This document shows positions 24,472 to 37,017 of a stretch of DNA of 64,000 nucleotides, one piece after another. Each line of letters opens with the position of its first letter. Within the stretch, counting starts at the first letter, position 1. The position numbers were made by a program, and so were the translations under genes. The notes below the pieces were generated by a model, which saw nothing but the letters and a program-made list of their open reading frames with translations, was not told the DNA's origin and searched no databases. The stretch comes from Tubulanus polymorphus (taxonomy: Eukaryota; Animalia; Nemertea), in assembly GCF_964204645.1 (NCBI RefSeq), contig NC_134028.1:16623653-16687652 (forward strand), in the 5' to 3' direction.

Positions 24472-26174
24472 TTACTTTATATTTTTTGATATCATGTTTA
24501 CTAACCCAAAAATAATAGCACTTACAACTGTAATTAAAAATAAAATAATATGTTCAGCAGCAAAGTTAATAATGTTTCCTGCAGATTTCAATATAAAACC
24601 AACAATTGATGCAATAACTCCAGGTAAAGCTGCAGCAGATTTTTTAGATAGTTCCCATAAATATTTTGCTAATTTCTTTAAACCATCCTTAACTTTATCT
24701 TGTATAGAATTATTATCTGGGGGTTTATCTGGTTTATTGGGAGTGGGAGTAGATTTCAAAGCATTTGATATAGCTAAACCAATTGTTGTAAATAACATAG
24801 TTACAGCTGTTAGAATTGAAAGAACTGTTATTCCTTCTAATTTAAATAATAACTTTATTCTATCTTTCAATGATATTTCAGAATCTGGTTTCATCAACAA
24901 AACTTTAAAAATAACTTTTAATTTTTTAATATGATTAAGATCATATGATTTTAATAATATATCTCTTTCTTCTTTTTGTAATTTTATGTTATATTCTAAA
25001 TCATCTATTTCTTTTACTAAAGCTAACTTTCTGCTTTCATAATCAGCTTCATAAACTACTTGATGATCTCTATTTAATTCTAATTGTTTTAATTCTTCAT
25101 CTGCATTAACTAATTCTTTTTCTAACATGGTTATTTTAGAAAATCTCATCTTAATATTAGCAATTTCATCAGCTGATACTTGTATACCTTTAATTTCTCT
25201 ACGTATTTGTTCAGGAAATGTTTCTAATTCTTCATCAGTTAAATTAAGTAATCCTTTTTCTAGTAAATATTGCAGTCGATTTATTCCAGTTTCAGAACCA
25301 GATGTATCTGATATACTATTCATCAGTTCTTCTGAATCTCTTAATCTATCAATTGTTTTTCTAATTGTAATTGACTTGAATAATTATCAATTGGTTGAGT
25401 GTCTCTTCTCGATGTTTCGGGTGTTGAAGATCTTAATCTATCTAATCGATTTCTATTCTCTTCCATTTCTGGATCAAAATCAGTAGGATTTGGATTTGGA
25501 TTTTTAAATGGTGAATATTTGTTTATATCAATATTATGAATTGGTTCTTCTTCATTTATTCTATCGAGTGCATTCCATATAATTCTGAGAAATTCTCTAC
25601 CACCTTTTGAACCTTCAATTGTAGATAATGCTCGCATTTCAGGTTCAAAAATATTTTCTTGACCAATTTTAGATAATTGAATTGTTACAATATTCCTATT
25701 TAAATCAAGATTATAATACCATGAATCATTTTTAAATTCTAAATTATTCATGAAAAATGGGTCATCTTTTAAAATTTGTTCTACAACACCTTCTGAACCA
25801 ATTTCATGTATTACAACTGTTGGTAATAATTCGTTAACAATTGTATCTGTTACTCTAGATTTCATTTTAAATAATTCCATAGGTTTATCAGGATATTTTT
25901 CTTGTTGTTTTTCTAATAGTTCCATAAATTCTTTTCGTTCTCTTCTAGTTGAAATTCTACCAATTTCAGGAGCTTTTAAATATTTATTTAATTTTTCACG
26001 TAATTCGGGATCATCATCATCATCATAATCATCATCTTCACCTAAATTAATATTATATTCTGGCTCATTACCGTCATTAAAACTTGTTTCACTAAAATCA
26101 GGTTGTTGTTCATCACTTATACCGGGTTCATCTAAAGGATCCAATGGAATATCTTCTCCACCTTCTACATCCAT
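24472..26174 (-). CDS. Acidic domain (25341-26174) plus coiled-coil/membrane domain (24472-25323), separated by a frameshift
   Basis: Homologous to 39668-41359; 1-nt offset near 25350. Confidence 0.7.
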
Positions 26175-26190
26175 TTATATAATAAAAAAA

Positions 26191-27578
26191 TTAAAATTTA
26201 AAATATAATATTCCTCCTATAACAATTCCTATACAGGTTATAGCTAATTTAGTATTTTCATGGGATTTATTATTATCATTTAGTTTAATTATATCATATT
26301 GAATAATATCAGTTTTTATATCTTCTGATGTATTGTAATCTTTTATTTTAGAATCATTATTCAATTTAATATTTTTAGTTTTAGTTTCTGTTGATTGAAT
26401 GTGTTTTTTATTTTTTTCACCTTCCATTAATTTTGGAGCAGTAATAATCTTTTTATTTATATCATTCAATCCAAATGAATTATTTATTGTTGCAGTTTTA
26501 ATTAGATTATTATTACCAATTATGTTTCCCATCTTTAATACTAGATCATTAGAAATAATAAATAGATTAGGGCCTATACAATAATTTAATCTAATATGTG
26601 ATTTATCTAAATAATTTTGATATCTTATAATGTTTTCTGGAATCGATCTATTTTTATCATTATGAATTGAATCTTCAAATAAAACTTTAAATTGTTTTTG
26701 TGTATCGAATGATGTATTCAAATTTCCAATTATTGGGGATCTTGTTTCAACTTGTGCACCTAAAATACATATCAAATAAGTTCTAATAGATTGATTTATT
26801 CTTTGTATACCTGATTTAGTAAAACCTTCACTATTTTCTAAAATAAAATAAACCCAACCATTATTGTTTTCTTGTTTTAAATTATCATAAAATTTCGGTA
26901 ATTTATTGAAATTTAATGTTTCTAAATCCTTTGTTTCTATTTTACCATAACCTAATTTATTATTATAGATATTATAAAAACTATTAGATGGTATGGGAAG
27001 TGCACAATATTCTGCAATCTTTTTAGGGCAAGGAAGTGATCTTATTGTTCCAATTTTTGTTCTAAAATCAGAATTATTTATATCTATATTAAATTCATTA
27101 CAAATTTTATAAAACTTTGATAAATTAATATTATTATCTAATTCTTTAAAATATCTAGATCCTGGTAAAGCACACTCAATTCATTTAATATTATTCTGAT
27201 TTGAAAGTATGTATGAAATCTAAATAAACTTTGAATTAATTTATATTTAGAATTATTCAAATGATCATTCCAACTAATTCCACAACCTGTTGTTGCACAA
27301 TAAACAGCAAAATTTAATTGATTCTGCCAATACTTCATATTAGATTTTAATAACCATTGTTTTTCATCTTTCAATTTTTTAAAATTAATTAAATATACAT
27401 GAAATATATTTTCCATCTTTGCATTAAAATTATTAGTTTCAGTAACATAAATTTCTAAATTAGTTAATGAATCTAAAACTTCATTTCTATATGTTATATC
27501 TTTATTAAAATCTATTGCTGGAATATTATATTTAATTGATTTATTATATTGGAAAGCTTTTGGAAAACTATCTACCAT
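26191..27578 (-). pseudogene. WQNQLNFAVYCATTGCG-family protein of copy B, frameshifted
   Basis: Homolog of 41375-42763; frameshift near 27170. Confidence 0.8.
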
Positions 27579-27594
27579 TTATATAATTAAAAAA

Positions 27595-28029
27595 TTAATA
27601 ATCTATTAATTCTTTTAATAATTTATCTTGTTCTTCAACTGTTATATGGCCATTTAAACTTATTATATAATCTAGTGTATTCTTTAATTTATTAATTTCT
27701 TTTATATTAGTTTCAATTTTTTCTTTATTACTTTTTATATTTAATTTTGAACTTATACCAGTTAAAACACTTGAACTTAAACCTAACACACCAATTGATA
27801 TAGCTAAAGGCGTTAATGGGCTGAATATTGCTAGAAATGTTATTACAGAACTAATTGTAACCGAACCACTAATAATAAGATAATATATAATTTTACTTTT
27901 TAAATATTTTTTCTTTTTTATCTTTAAGTCACTTTCAAATTCTAATATTTGTTTTTCTAAATATATTTTTAATTTAGTTTTATTTATATCATGAGGAATG
28001 ATATCAATACTATCAACTTTATCTTCCAT
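27595..28029 (-). CDS. Polinton two-TM protein (144 aa)
   Basis: Near-identical to 42780-43214. Confidence 0.8.
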   Translation of the reverse strand: MEDKVDSIDIIPHDINKTKLKIYLEKQILEFESDLKIKKKKYLKSKIIYYLIISGSVTISSVITFLAIFSPLTPLAISIGVLGLSSSVLTGISSKLNIKSNKEKIETNIKEINKLKNTLDYIISLNGHITVEEQDKLLKELIDY

Positions 28030-28047
28030 TTATTTAGAAAAAAATTA

Positions 28048-28500
28048 CTAATTAGTAAATTTATATGCTACAAATATAACAATAACAGTTCCACCTAAAA
28101 TCCATATTATTTCATATTTCTATTGTTCTTTACTTGGGGTATAATAATCTGATGATTTAGGTTTGTATAGATGTAATTTTTCTTTATTGGTTACCGCGTT
28201 ATATAAACTCATTGCATCATCAACTGATTGAAAATCTCTATGTGAAATCTTCTGATCATATAATTCTTTGTTAATATAATCCATATAGTTTTGCCTCTTT
28301 TCTCTATATTCTTCTGCAGCTTTATTGTATTTCTCTAACGCTAAATTATGTCTTCTTTGTTCTCCTAATGAACTATTTTTATCAATATGTTTATTTTATT
28401 TATATTTTATTTTATATTTTATTTATAAATATCCACCACCAGTAAATGCCAAAGCGTTAACAATTGCCGATCCTATAATAGTTATAATTGCAGAAGCCAT
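28048..28500 (-). pseudogene. 140-aa membrane protein homolog of copy B, disrupted
   Basis: Matches 43234-43656 but carries an AT-rich insertion at about 28390-28425 and a premature stop. Confidence 0.75.
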
Positions 28501-28524
28501 TTATTTAGCAAAAATATTATGCAT

Positions 28525-28746
28525 TTATATGGGAGGAATATATTTTTGTTTTTCTAAATAATCAATTGTTAAATTAGATAAAGTAACTGCTAACGTTAAT
28601 TTTAAAATATCATTTATATCAAATCTATCAACATTAACACTTCCCATTTTGAATACTTTTTTTAATACCATTGAATAACCAAAAGTTCCAACTGATAGTA
28701 ATGCGCCATTATATAATCCAGTTATTATCCACTTATTATCACTCAT
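28525..28746 (-). CDS. Small hydrophobic Polinton protein (73 aa)
   Basis: Near-identical to 43682-43903. Confidence 0.8.
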   Translation of the reverse strand: MSDNKWIITGLYNGALLSVGTFGYSMVLKKVFKMGSVNVDRFDINDILKLTLAVTLSNLTIDYLEKQKYIPPI

Positions 28747-29088
28747 TTATTTATCCAAAAAATTACTATCATCAAAATATTTAGTTAACTTATTTATGAT
28801 TAATTCATCATTTATTTCATTACTACTTTGATGATTATCATATATTTTGGATAATATGTTTTTGATATCTTCAATAATTCCATCTTCATTTAATTCATAA
28901 TATTCTAAAGGTGTTTTAATTAAATCAATTACTTTTTCGATATTATAATTTTCTTTATCAATCATTGATGCATTGTTAAATGATTTACTTTTTATATCAG
29001 TAATTACATCATTTAGTTTAATTCTCATTTCTTTACCATGTTTAAAATCAAACCCAAAACATATACTCGGTCCAACAGTTATATTCAT
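28747..29088 (-). CDS. Polinton hypothetical protein (113 aa)
   Basis: Near-identical to 43904-44245. Confidence 0.75.
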   Translation of the reverse strand: MNITVGPSICFGFDFKHGKEMRIKLNDVITDIKSKSFNNASMIDKENYNIEKVIDLIKTPLEYYELNEDGIIEDIKNILSKIYDNHQSSNEINDELIINKLTKYFDDSNFLDK

Positions 29089-29105
29089 TTATATAGTGAA
29101 AAAAA

Positions 29106-29866
29106 TTACTCTCTACATCTTACAACTAATTCATAAATTACGGGGAAATTATTTAAATCAATTAAGTATCCATTGTGATTTCTAATTTCTAATCTAAAAT
29201 TATTAAAACGAGGAATGCATGGTTTGAAATCACATTCTGTTAAATTATAATTTATTTGCGTTCCAAATTCTTTAACATTCTTCAATGGTAAAATGTTTAG
29301 TAAACCAGAATTACAAGTTATATCTTTAGTTGCTTCGAATGTTTTTGTAGGATCGATTAAATTGCAATAAATATAAAAATGTGTGTAAGGTATTAAGTTT
29401 GGTGTAGTAGCGTCAATATTTGTAAAAGATCTATCTGGAAGAATTCCTAACAGTTTAGCTATAGGTTTTTTTACCATAAATTTATGTTTTTCACTATTAG
29501 ACAACCTTATCTTTATTCTATCAGAACTCTCACTTTTAAAAATCTAATACTAAACCCAGAACTACTACCTAATTTGTGCCAGGCTTTTCTATTAATGTCT
29601 TGTGCTAATGTATCTAAATTATATAACCCCGGTTTTAAATATATATAGGCCCATTCATTTTTATTTTTATTAAAAATTAAAAAAGCTCTATGTTCAATAG
29701 TTTTATTCGATATATTATAAAAAGAATTACATAAACTTATATTAACTAATTTTAAATCTACACAATTCTTAAATTCTCTATCTAATTGTACTAGTAAATT
29801 ATGTGATTTATAATTAGTAAGTCTTCTAGAATCAACAAATATTCTGTATTCTTTTAATTCTACCAT
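29106..29866 (-). pseudogene. Minor capsid (penton-like) protein of copy B, frameshifted
   Basis: Two ORF halves match 44262-45020. Confidence 0.8.
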
Positions 29867-29883
29867 TTATTTTACATATTTTC

Positions 29884-30234
29884 TCATTCGAAATCTATTT
29901 CATGGTGCCCTTTTTCATTCTTACCTTTGTATACGAAATAGATATCTCCAGAACATAATTCTTCTAAATCTTCACTTGATAATCTGTGAAATCTATCTGG
30001 TAAATATGTTCTGAATTTATATGTATTTCCTTTTAATCCTTCATATTCTAAGTGTATAACTAATTTATCTCCATAGTTATTAACTGTATCAATATTTGTA
30101 ATTAGATATTTCTTATGGATTGTAAATTCTGTTAACTTTTTGAATTTATAATCTACAGATTTTACATTTGTAGTATCTTTTATTTTATCTAGAAATAATT
30201 TGTTGTTCTCACTGTGCGCTTGTTTACTCTCCAT
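29884..30234 (-). CDS. Small beta-rich protein, possible OB-fold ssDNA-binding protein
   Basis: YG.KLVIHL...TYLPDRF pattern; directly downstream of pPolB; homolog at 45036-45377. The fold is inferred. Confidence 0.6.
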   Translation of the reverse strand: MESKQAHSENNKLFLDKIKDTTNVKSVDYKFKKLTEFTIHKKYLITNIDTVNNYGDKLVIHLEYEGLKGNTYKFRTYLPDRFHRLSSEDLEELCSGDIYFVYKGKNEKGHHEIDFE

Positions 30235-30263
30235 TTTAATAACATATTTTTATTAAAATTTGA

Positions 30264-30905
30264 TTAACACGTTAGAATTCTTTTCATTATCTCGTTCTCT
30301 TTTGTTTCTTCTCTTTTAAATTTTAAGTATTCATCTAAATTGCAACCGTAAGCAACTGTATGAATTCCATCATCTAAAATATATCTTTTATCATCAAATG
30401 GGTTTAGACTTATCTTTTCAATTTCTTCAATAAACATTTCATGATCTTCAGATCTTAAACATCTCATCTTATGTTTTCTAACTTCTTAATTGAATATACA
30501 ATTGATTTAATCTTTGAAATGAATATTCTTTTCTACTACACTTTTGGTTATTCCTTTTAACTTTTTAGCTTCATGTTCTTTAGTTTTATATGAATACATT
30601 TTAGATCTAATACCAATGAATTCAATCATTTCTTCACCACCTAATTCATCTTTGAATTTACCGGGAACTTTTTGATTATCATTGCTAAACAATTCATGAT
30701 TTTTAGGATAGTTACTAAAATCAAAATGATGTTTTAATGTTTTTAAATCATCAGTTATGTTATCAGTTTTTATCTTTAATATGTAAGAATCTGTATCAAA
30801 ATATAATATTTCTATGTGTTTTTCTCCAAAAAGTGGTTGTAATACATTATAATAGAATTCATACATTAGTAATTTTGATAATTCTAAAACTGAAGCGCCA
30901 ACATA
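30264..30905 (-). pseudogene. pPolB of copy B, 3' part (downstream of the copy C insertion)
   Basis: Resumes GASVLELSKLLMYEFYY...YFDTDSY where the 5' part stops at KPIYV; internal stops near 30490-30510. Confidence 0.92.
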
Positions 30906-31262
30906 AGTAATAGGGATAATAGGCTTTCAGGCCAAAGGTCGAACGGTCGAGCTCGTAAAAAATGAAAATAATAATAATTTACAGTTGAATTAGTCGCGCA
31001 CACTCCTAATTCAACTGTAAATTATTATTATTTTCATTTTTTACTCACTCGCCCCTTCAACCTTTGACCAGAAAGCCTATTATCCCTATTACTCTTAAAA
31101 TATTCACATATATGAATAAAATATAAATCATTGAACTTCTAAAATCAATTTTAATAAAAAATATAGTATTAAAATGGAAGCAAATAAGTACTACTGCCCA
31201 ACATGTAATATCGATATAGATAAATCCCAAAAAGCAAGACACAATAAAACTAGAACACATTT
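30906..31262 (+). repeat. Left TIR of copy C; its first 188 bp (30906-31093) form a hairpin
   Basis: Reverse complement of 49352-49708; self-complementary arms around a TCGCGCACACTC loop. Confidence 0.95.
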
Positions 31263-32229
31263 GTTTTTAGTCCAGTTGGTTAAAGCAAAGACATTTATCG
31301 AATTAAGGAACTCAACATATAGTGAAAAATATGTTGAATCGTTATAAACACCCGATAATACTCAGCTATATAGTTGGTTGCATTAGCTCTAGTAAACATA
31401 TGTTACCAGCTTATATTTCAATTGTAAAGAGTTAATTAATTTCATTGATCTAAATGCCTTTATTATTGATTTTTTTTTCAACTTCAACGCGTTGTGTATA
31501 CGGCGAACGTAGCGAATCACAAATCTCATAATTTACAAGTCTCAACACGCTTGTTCTAGATGTTTATACTAGAACATGATTCTATTTTAACCTATATACA
31601 TTCAATGTATAGAGCTATGGAATAAATCTATAAATTCACAGCCGTTACAGTTGTTACTATGACGACGACACATTATGACGTGTAGAGAGAGAACACTCTA
31701 GAACCGGAACTAGATGACGTGGCAAGAAATGAACATACGCTGTAATATTGTGCTCAGGATATTCTATCTTTCGAAACGAAATTAGGAGTTTATAGTTTAC
31801 AATTCTAAATCTAAATGTAAGTACTGTTTTTTGTAGTTATTGGGGCTATTAAATATGAAACCTTTAGATATATTTAAGTGTATTTAGTATATCTTTTAGA
31901 TAGCTAGAGTTACCGCTAATATCTTTTAGATTAATAAAAAGTCATATACATCAAGAAGTGATAGAGAAACTCAAGATACTCTTTCTACCTGAGGAATCAA
32001 CAGCAATGGATATCAAATCAATAGAATCACCAAAAGATCGAAGAAGAAATATAAGAATTTCAAAAACATTGAGACTCCAATGATTAAGTTTAACATTTGT
32101 TGATGTAGTTAAATATTTACCAGCAATTGAAAAAATGTTTGTAATTATAAATTATATTTATAGAAATCAAATGATGTATTAGAAGAAATGACTGAACAAC
32201 TTGTATAATGTATTGTGTAAATCTACTTG

Positions 32230-32680
32230 GTGAATTTTTATATTCAGTCGTTTCAATAATGATTCGTTTCAATTATGATTAGCGCATGCGCATTAAGCAA
32301 AAGCGCGCACGAATGCGCGCTTTTGCTCAGGTATGATTTGTGAATTTTTATGTTCGGTCGTTTCTATTATGATTAACGCATACGCATTAAGCAAAACCGG
32401 CCACAAATGGTCGCATGTGACGCATGTAACACATGTAACGCATGTGTTGTTTCTATTTTACAGAATTTATAGAATGAATATATAATTATGATTAGCGCAT
32501 GCGCATTGATCAAAAGCGCGCACGAATGCGCGGTTTGCTCAGTTGTATGATTTAGATATTTCATGTCGGTTGTTTCTATTTACATAATTATATATTCATT
32601 ATGTAAATATAATTATGATTAACGCATGCGCATTAAGCAAAAGCGCGCATGAATGCGCGGTTTTGCCCAGTGGTATTATT
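32230..32680. promoter_or_regulatory. Four-unit repeat array with CGCATGCGCA palindromes and small GC hairpins
   Basis: ATTATGATTA(A/G)CGCAT(G/A)CGCATT units at about 32272, 32367, 32485 and 32612; GCAAAAGCGCGCACGAATGCGCGCTTTTGC stem-loop. Confidence 0.6.
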
Positions 32681-32804
32681 TAGATATCAAGGAATCGAAA
32701 CAACTTATCAAAAGCAGCGAGGAATGAAAAAGGATGACGTTGATCGAAGAAATGGAAGAGGATTATAAATTATTAACCAATTTAGTAAAAAATATGTATA
32801 ATAA

Positions 32805-33470
32805 ATGGAACCAGAACAACCACAAATTATCAATATTACAAATAACACTGGCGTTATAAACATATATTACAAAAAGTGTTCTAAATGTGAATTAGATAAA
32901 TCATTAACAGAATTTAGTAAGCGTAAGATTAGCAAAGATGGTTTTCAATATTACTGTAAAAATTGCATTAAACTATATACCAAACAATATCGAGAAGATA
33001 ATAGAGAATCTTATAATGATTATATGACAGAATATATGAGAGAAAGATATCAAACAGATCTTAATTTTAGATTGAAACAATGTTTACGGTCTAGATTAAC
33101 ACAATTATTTAACAAAGAAACATATTCAGAAACACTATCTAATCTATTGGGTTGTTCAGATGAATTTCTCAAATCATGGATAATATATCAATTCGACGAT
33201 AAAATGAATATAGATAATTATGGTGAATACTTTCATATTGATCACGTGTTACCAATATCTAAATTTAACATGAATGATGAATACAATAAAAAACTTATTT
33301 GGAGTTGGAAAAATTTAAGGCCTTTAGAAAAGAAGGAAAACATAATTAAATCTAATAAACTAGATATGAAATTATATTTAGATCAACTGGATAAAGCAAA
33401 GACATTTGTTGAATTATGGAATAGTATTTCACAGAATCAACCGCATTCTGAGGTTTTGATCAGTGGTTAG
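32805..33470 (+). CDS. HNH endonuclease with an N-terminal Cys4 zinc ribbon
   Basis: CSKC..CKNC zinc module; HIDHVLP...NLRPL....N..KSNK HNH core. Confidence 0.85.
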   Translation: MEPEQPQIINITNNTGVINIYYKKCSKCELDKSLTEFSKRKISKDGFQYYCKNCIKLYTKQYREDNRESYNDYMTEYMRERYQTDLNFRLKQCLRSRLTQLFNKETYSETLSNLLGCSDEFLKSWIIYQFDDKMNIDNYGEYFHIDHVLPISKFNMNDEYNKKLIWSWKNLRPLEKKENIIKSNKLDMKLYLDQLDKAKTFVELWNSISQNQPHSEVLISG

Positions 33471-34352
33471 AAAGCTGGTAATTCTATTTGAGCTTTGTAT
33501 GTATATAATACATAGCTTTTGCTTACTACTAAAACATATGTTGCCAAATATATCTTGTTTTCAATTCTAAAGAATTAATTAACTTCATCACAAAGAACAT
33601 CTGTGCAGAAATAATTAGTTTGGTCGAACGTGCGCCACGTTGGTAGTTAGAAATCAACATTCACATACATAGATTAATAAAATATGAAAAATTCAAAATA
33701 TTAGGATTAGCATTTAGTGAAGTAGTAAGACATTTACCAGAAATTGAAGAAATGATTGTAAACAATCCAGTAATTAAAGAATTCTAGACAAAATTATAAA
33801 TTATAATACTGAAGGTCTTAGATCTCGATTGTATATATCTGTTTTAATATTGTATTGTTTACTGTTAACTGTGTATTGCGCAATAACCGGTCCGATTGGA
33901 CCGCATTTCTATTGTTCTCCATTGTTCTATTATCGATCGCTAAAATGTGTATAATAAATATATGTGTTTATGAAATAGTAATTCCACCAGTCGTTTCTTT
34001 GAATTTATTTTCAGTTTGAGGATTTATTATCGAGGATCCGAAATGACTTATCTGGACAGTTATAGTTACTGCTCCTAATAGATAGACAATAGTAGTGAGA
34101 TAATCTAAATCCTAATTTAAATAAAATATAATAAAAAAACAATAACTTCAACTAGCTAGTCAATTCTATTATATTTTCAATATTTTCTTTTGTTAATTCT
34201 AATTGACATTAGATTGAATAGATTTTGAATAGATTTGAATAGAAATTCTTTAACTTTAACTAACCTAGTCAATTTAGTATTAACCTAAAGAGATACTAGT
34301 ATCATTTGAAGAATACTTATAATACTATTCTTATTAAATTTCTCTAATATAA

Positions 34353-34955
34353 ATGTCAAAGAAATCTAATAAGAATAGTATTGATATTGAAAAAACATTA
34401 GATGATTGAGGTATTAGTGATAATAAGGATACAGTTGTTTCTAATTCTATTCAAGTTAATAACAATATAGATTATGAATACTATTTATATTGTAAGCATC
34501 ATCTAGAACTATTGATTGCTGGCGGGAAATCTAAGGACTTCTTAGGAAAAATAATAACTTTTCAAGAACTAGACTCTATGAAACCCGATAAAGTAATCAA
34601 ATATTTTAAGATTTATGAAGAGGCAAGATTAGCTAGAATAAATGATTCTATTTCAGATGGTATTGTCAAATGTTATTCTAAGTTATGTAACCAGTTAATA
34701 CCAATTGATGATGAAAATAAATTATATAATGATTTGAAAAATGACTACTTAGTTATGACTGAATTACAAAAATGGGTTGGTTATGCTTCATTTCAATTAG
34801 GATCGGTTATGACATTGATTTCTACTGGAGTTATAACATTTTCGAACATCAAACCTATGGAATATAAATCAGGTAAGAACGAAACAGATGTACTACAACC
34901 AAACGTCGAAACAGAAAATGAATCAAAACAAAAATTAACTAAAATAAATGAGTGA
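34353..34955 (+). pseudogene. Polinton hypothetical protein with an early in-frame TGA
   Basis: TAAATG start at 34353, TGA at about 34407, frame continues into ORF 34512-34955; 3' part is also present at 19331-19552. Confidence 0.6.
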
Positions 34956-35307
34956 TGGAGTTAAGAAAAAGGCTAGATCCGAGAAACAAATTAAATGGGC
35001 AAGAGAATTAGGTAAAAGATCATCAGAATTAAAAAAAGCTAAGAAAAAGAAATTAACTGATATAAATGAATCTGATGGTATTGATTCAAATAATAATCCA
35101 TCTAATTCTTCTAATAGTGGAAGAAATAATTACTTATATATTACAATTGGGTTAATCACAATTATTATATTCTCTGGTGTAATATATAAATCAAAATTCA
35201 AATCTGATGATAAAGATGATTCCAATGATAACAAACCTATTATACCAGAAAATAAGTCAAATCATAAAGTCATTGAAAATAAATCTAAAATATTATTAAT
35301 GGATTAA
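34948..35307 (+). CDS. Small basic single-TM Polinton protein
   Basis: TM YLYITIGLITIIIFSGVIY; homolog at 19545-19910. Confidence 0.75.
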   Translation: MSDGVKKKARSEKQIKWARELGKRSSELKKAKKKKLTDINESDGIDSNNNPSNSSNSGRNNYLYITIGLITIIIFSGVIYKSKFKSDDKDDSNDNKPIIPENKSNHKVIENKSKILLMD

Positions 35308-35313
35308 AATAAT

Positions 35314-36399
35314 ATGAAAAAAGAACAATATTTAAGAGATTTATATTATAACCCAGAAAGTGAAGTATCATATTCTAACGTTTCAGAATTATGGAATAAA
35401 ATTAAATCCGATAATAGTGATATAAAATATAGTGAATTAAAATCATGGTTACAAAATCAACCCACATATCAAATTCATAAAAAGATGGATAAAAAATATT
35501 TAACAAGAAAAGTAATGGTTTCATATATCGATCAACAATGGCAAGCTGATTTAATTGACATGAAAAACTTAGAAGAATACAACAAAGGATATTTCTGGAT
35601 ATTAAATGTTATAGACATATTCAGTCGATACGCATGGAGTATCCCGATTAAAAATAAAACTGGTATAGAAGTTACAAATGCTTTTAAATCTATATTTAAA
35701 GAAGCTATCCCAGATAAAATACAATTTGATGAAGGTAAGGAATTTTATAACAAACATTTTAAAAAACTATTAACTGATAACGATGTAGAATATTTTTCAA
35801 CACATTCAGATAAAAAAGCATCCGTTATAGAAAGATTTAATAAAACATTGAAAACTAGAATGTGGAAATATTTCACCGCTAATGAAACATATAAATATGT
35901 CGATGTGTTAGATGATTTAGTTAAAGGTTATAATAATTCTAAACATAGTTCTATAAATATGAAACCTATACAAGCTAGAAAAGAAGAAAATTCAGAAATA
36001 GTTTGGAATAATTTATATGGTGCGTTTGTTACACATGATTTTGGAGAACCTAAATTTAAAATAGGACAACATGTTAGAATTTCTAAATATAGAAAAACAT
36101 TTTATAAAGGTTATACCCCTAATTTTACTGAAGAAATATTTAAAATTAAAAAGATAATATTAACTAAACCATTTGTTTATAAATTAGAAGATCTAAAAGA
36201 TGAAGAAATATTAGGTTATTTTTATGAACAAGAATTATCACTTGTACCAAATCCAGATGAAATAGAATACAAAATAGAAAAAGTATTGAAAACTAAAACT
36301 CTTAAAGGAAAAAAGTATTCTTTGGTGAAATATAAAGGATATGATGATAAATTCAATGAATGGATTTTATCTAGTAAAATTAAAAGAATAAATGAATAA
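35314..36399 (+). CDS. Retroviral-type (rve) integrase with C-terminal chromodomain
   Basis: DDE triad QADLID / QFDEGKEF / IERFNKTLK; chromodomain YKIEKVLK...LVKYKGYDDKFNEWI. Confidence 0.95.
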   Translation: MKKEQYLRDLYYNPESEVSYSNVSELWNKIKSDNSDIKYSELKSWLQNQPTYQIHKKMDKKYLTRKVMVSYIDQQWQADLIDMKNLEEYNKGYFWILNVIDIFSRYAWSIPIKNKTGIEVTNAFKSIFKEAIPDKIQFDEGKEFYNKHFKKLLTDNDVEYFSTHSDKKASVIERFNKTLKTRMWKYFTANETYKYVDVLDDLVKGYNNSKHSSINMKPIQARKEENSEIVWNNLYGAFVTHDFGEPKFKIGQHVRISKYRKTFYKGYTPNFTEEIFKIKKIILTKPFVYKLEDLKDEEILGYFYEQELSLVPNPDEIEYKIEKVLKTKTLKGKKYSLVKYKGYDDKFNEWILSSKIKRINE

Positions 36400-37006
36400 A
36401 GATTTATTTATATTTGAACCACATAATATGTTAGTTACTGGAGTTACAAATTGTGGTAAAACACACTTCATATTATATTTATTAGAAACTATTTATAAAA
36501 ATCATTTTGATAATATAATATTATTCTGCCCAACTTATGAAATGAATGAAACGTATAATAGAGATATAGTTTTTAAAGATAAAAAGTTTATTATATTAAA
36601 TTCTAAAACAGTGAAAGATAATTTAGATAATTGTATAAAAATTGCAATAGATATTTATAAAGGATCTAATACATTATTTATTATTGATGATTGCGCAAAT
36701 TTACATGATTCAAAAGTTAGAGAAAGTGAGTTATGTTATTTAGCTTTCTCTGGTAGACATTTTGGGATAACAACATGGGTTTTAAATCAGAAATATAATT
36801 CAATTGTGAAAGACTTTAGAGAGAATATAAGATTTCTAGTTTTATTTTATAACAAAGATAAAAAATCTATGCAACAATCATTGGAAGAAAATCAAATTAT
36901 ACCTACTGAATTACATGATGAATATATGAATAAATTAAAGAATAATAAAGGTTCCAAATTACTTATGAGATTACAATTTCCATATGAATATAAATTTATA
37001 AAATAA
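36392..37006 (+). CDS. A32/FtsK-like genome packaging ATPase
   Basis: GVTNCGKT, FIIDD, SGRHFGI and LNQ motifs. Confidence 0.92.
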   Translation: MNKDLFIFEPHNMLVTGVTNCGKTHFILYLLETIYKNHFDNIILFCPTYEMNETYNRDIVFKDKKFIILNSKTVKDNLDNCIKIAIDIYKGSNTLFIIDDCANLHDSKVRESELCYLAFSGRHFGITTWVLNQKYNSIVKDFRENIRFLVLFYNKDKKSMQQSLEENQIIPTELHDEYMNKLKNNKGSKLLMRLQFPYEYKFIK

Positions 37007-37017
37007 AATCCTAATTC

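Noticed and set aside
31057-31260. Identical 67-aa ORFs at 31057-31260 and 49354-49557
   Set aside because: Antisense to the pPolB start inside the TIR; identity only reflects the inverted repeat.
32230-32680. Repeat-spacer pattern resembling CRISPR
   Set aside because: The intervening sequences are related to each other and irregular in length; better explained as a degenerate tandem repeat.
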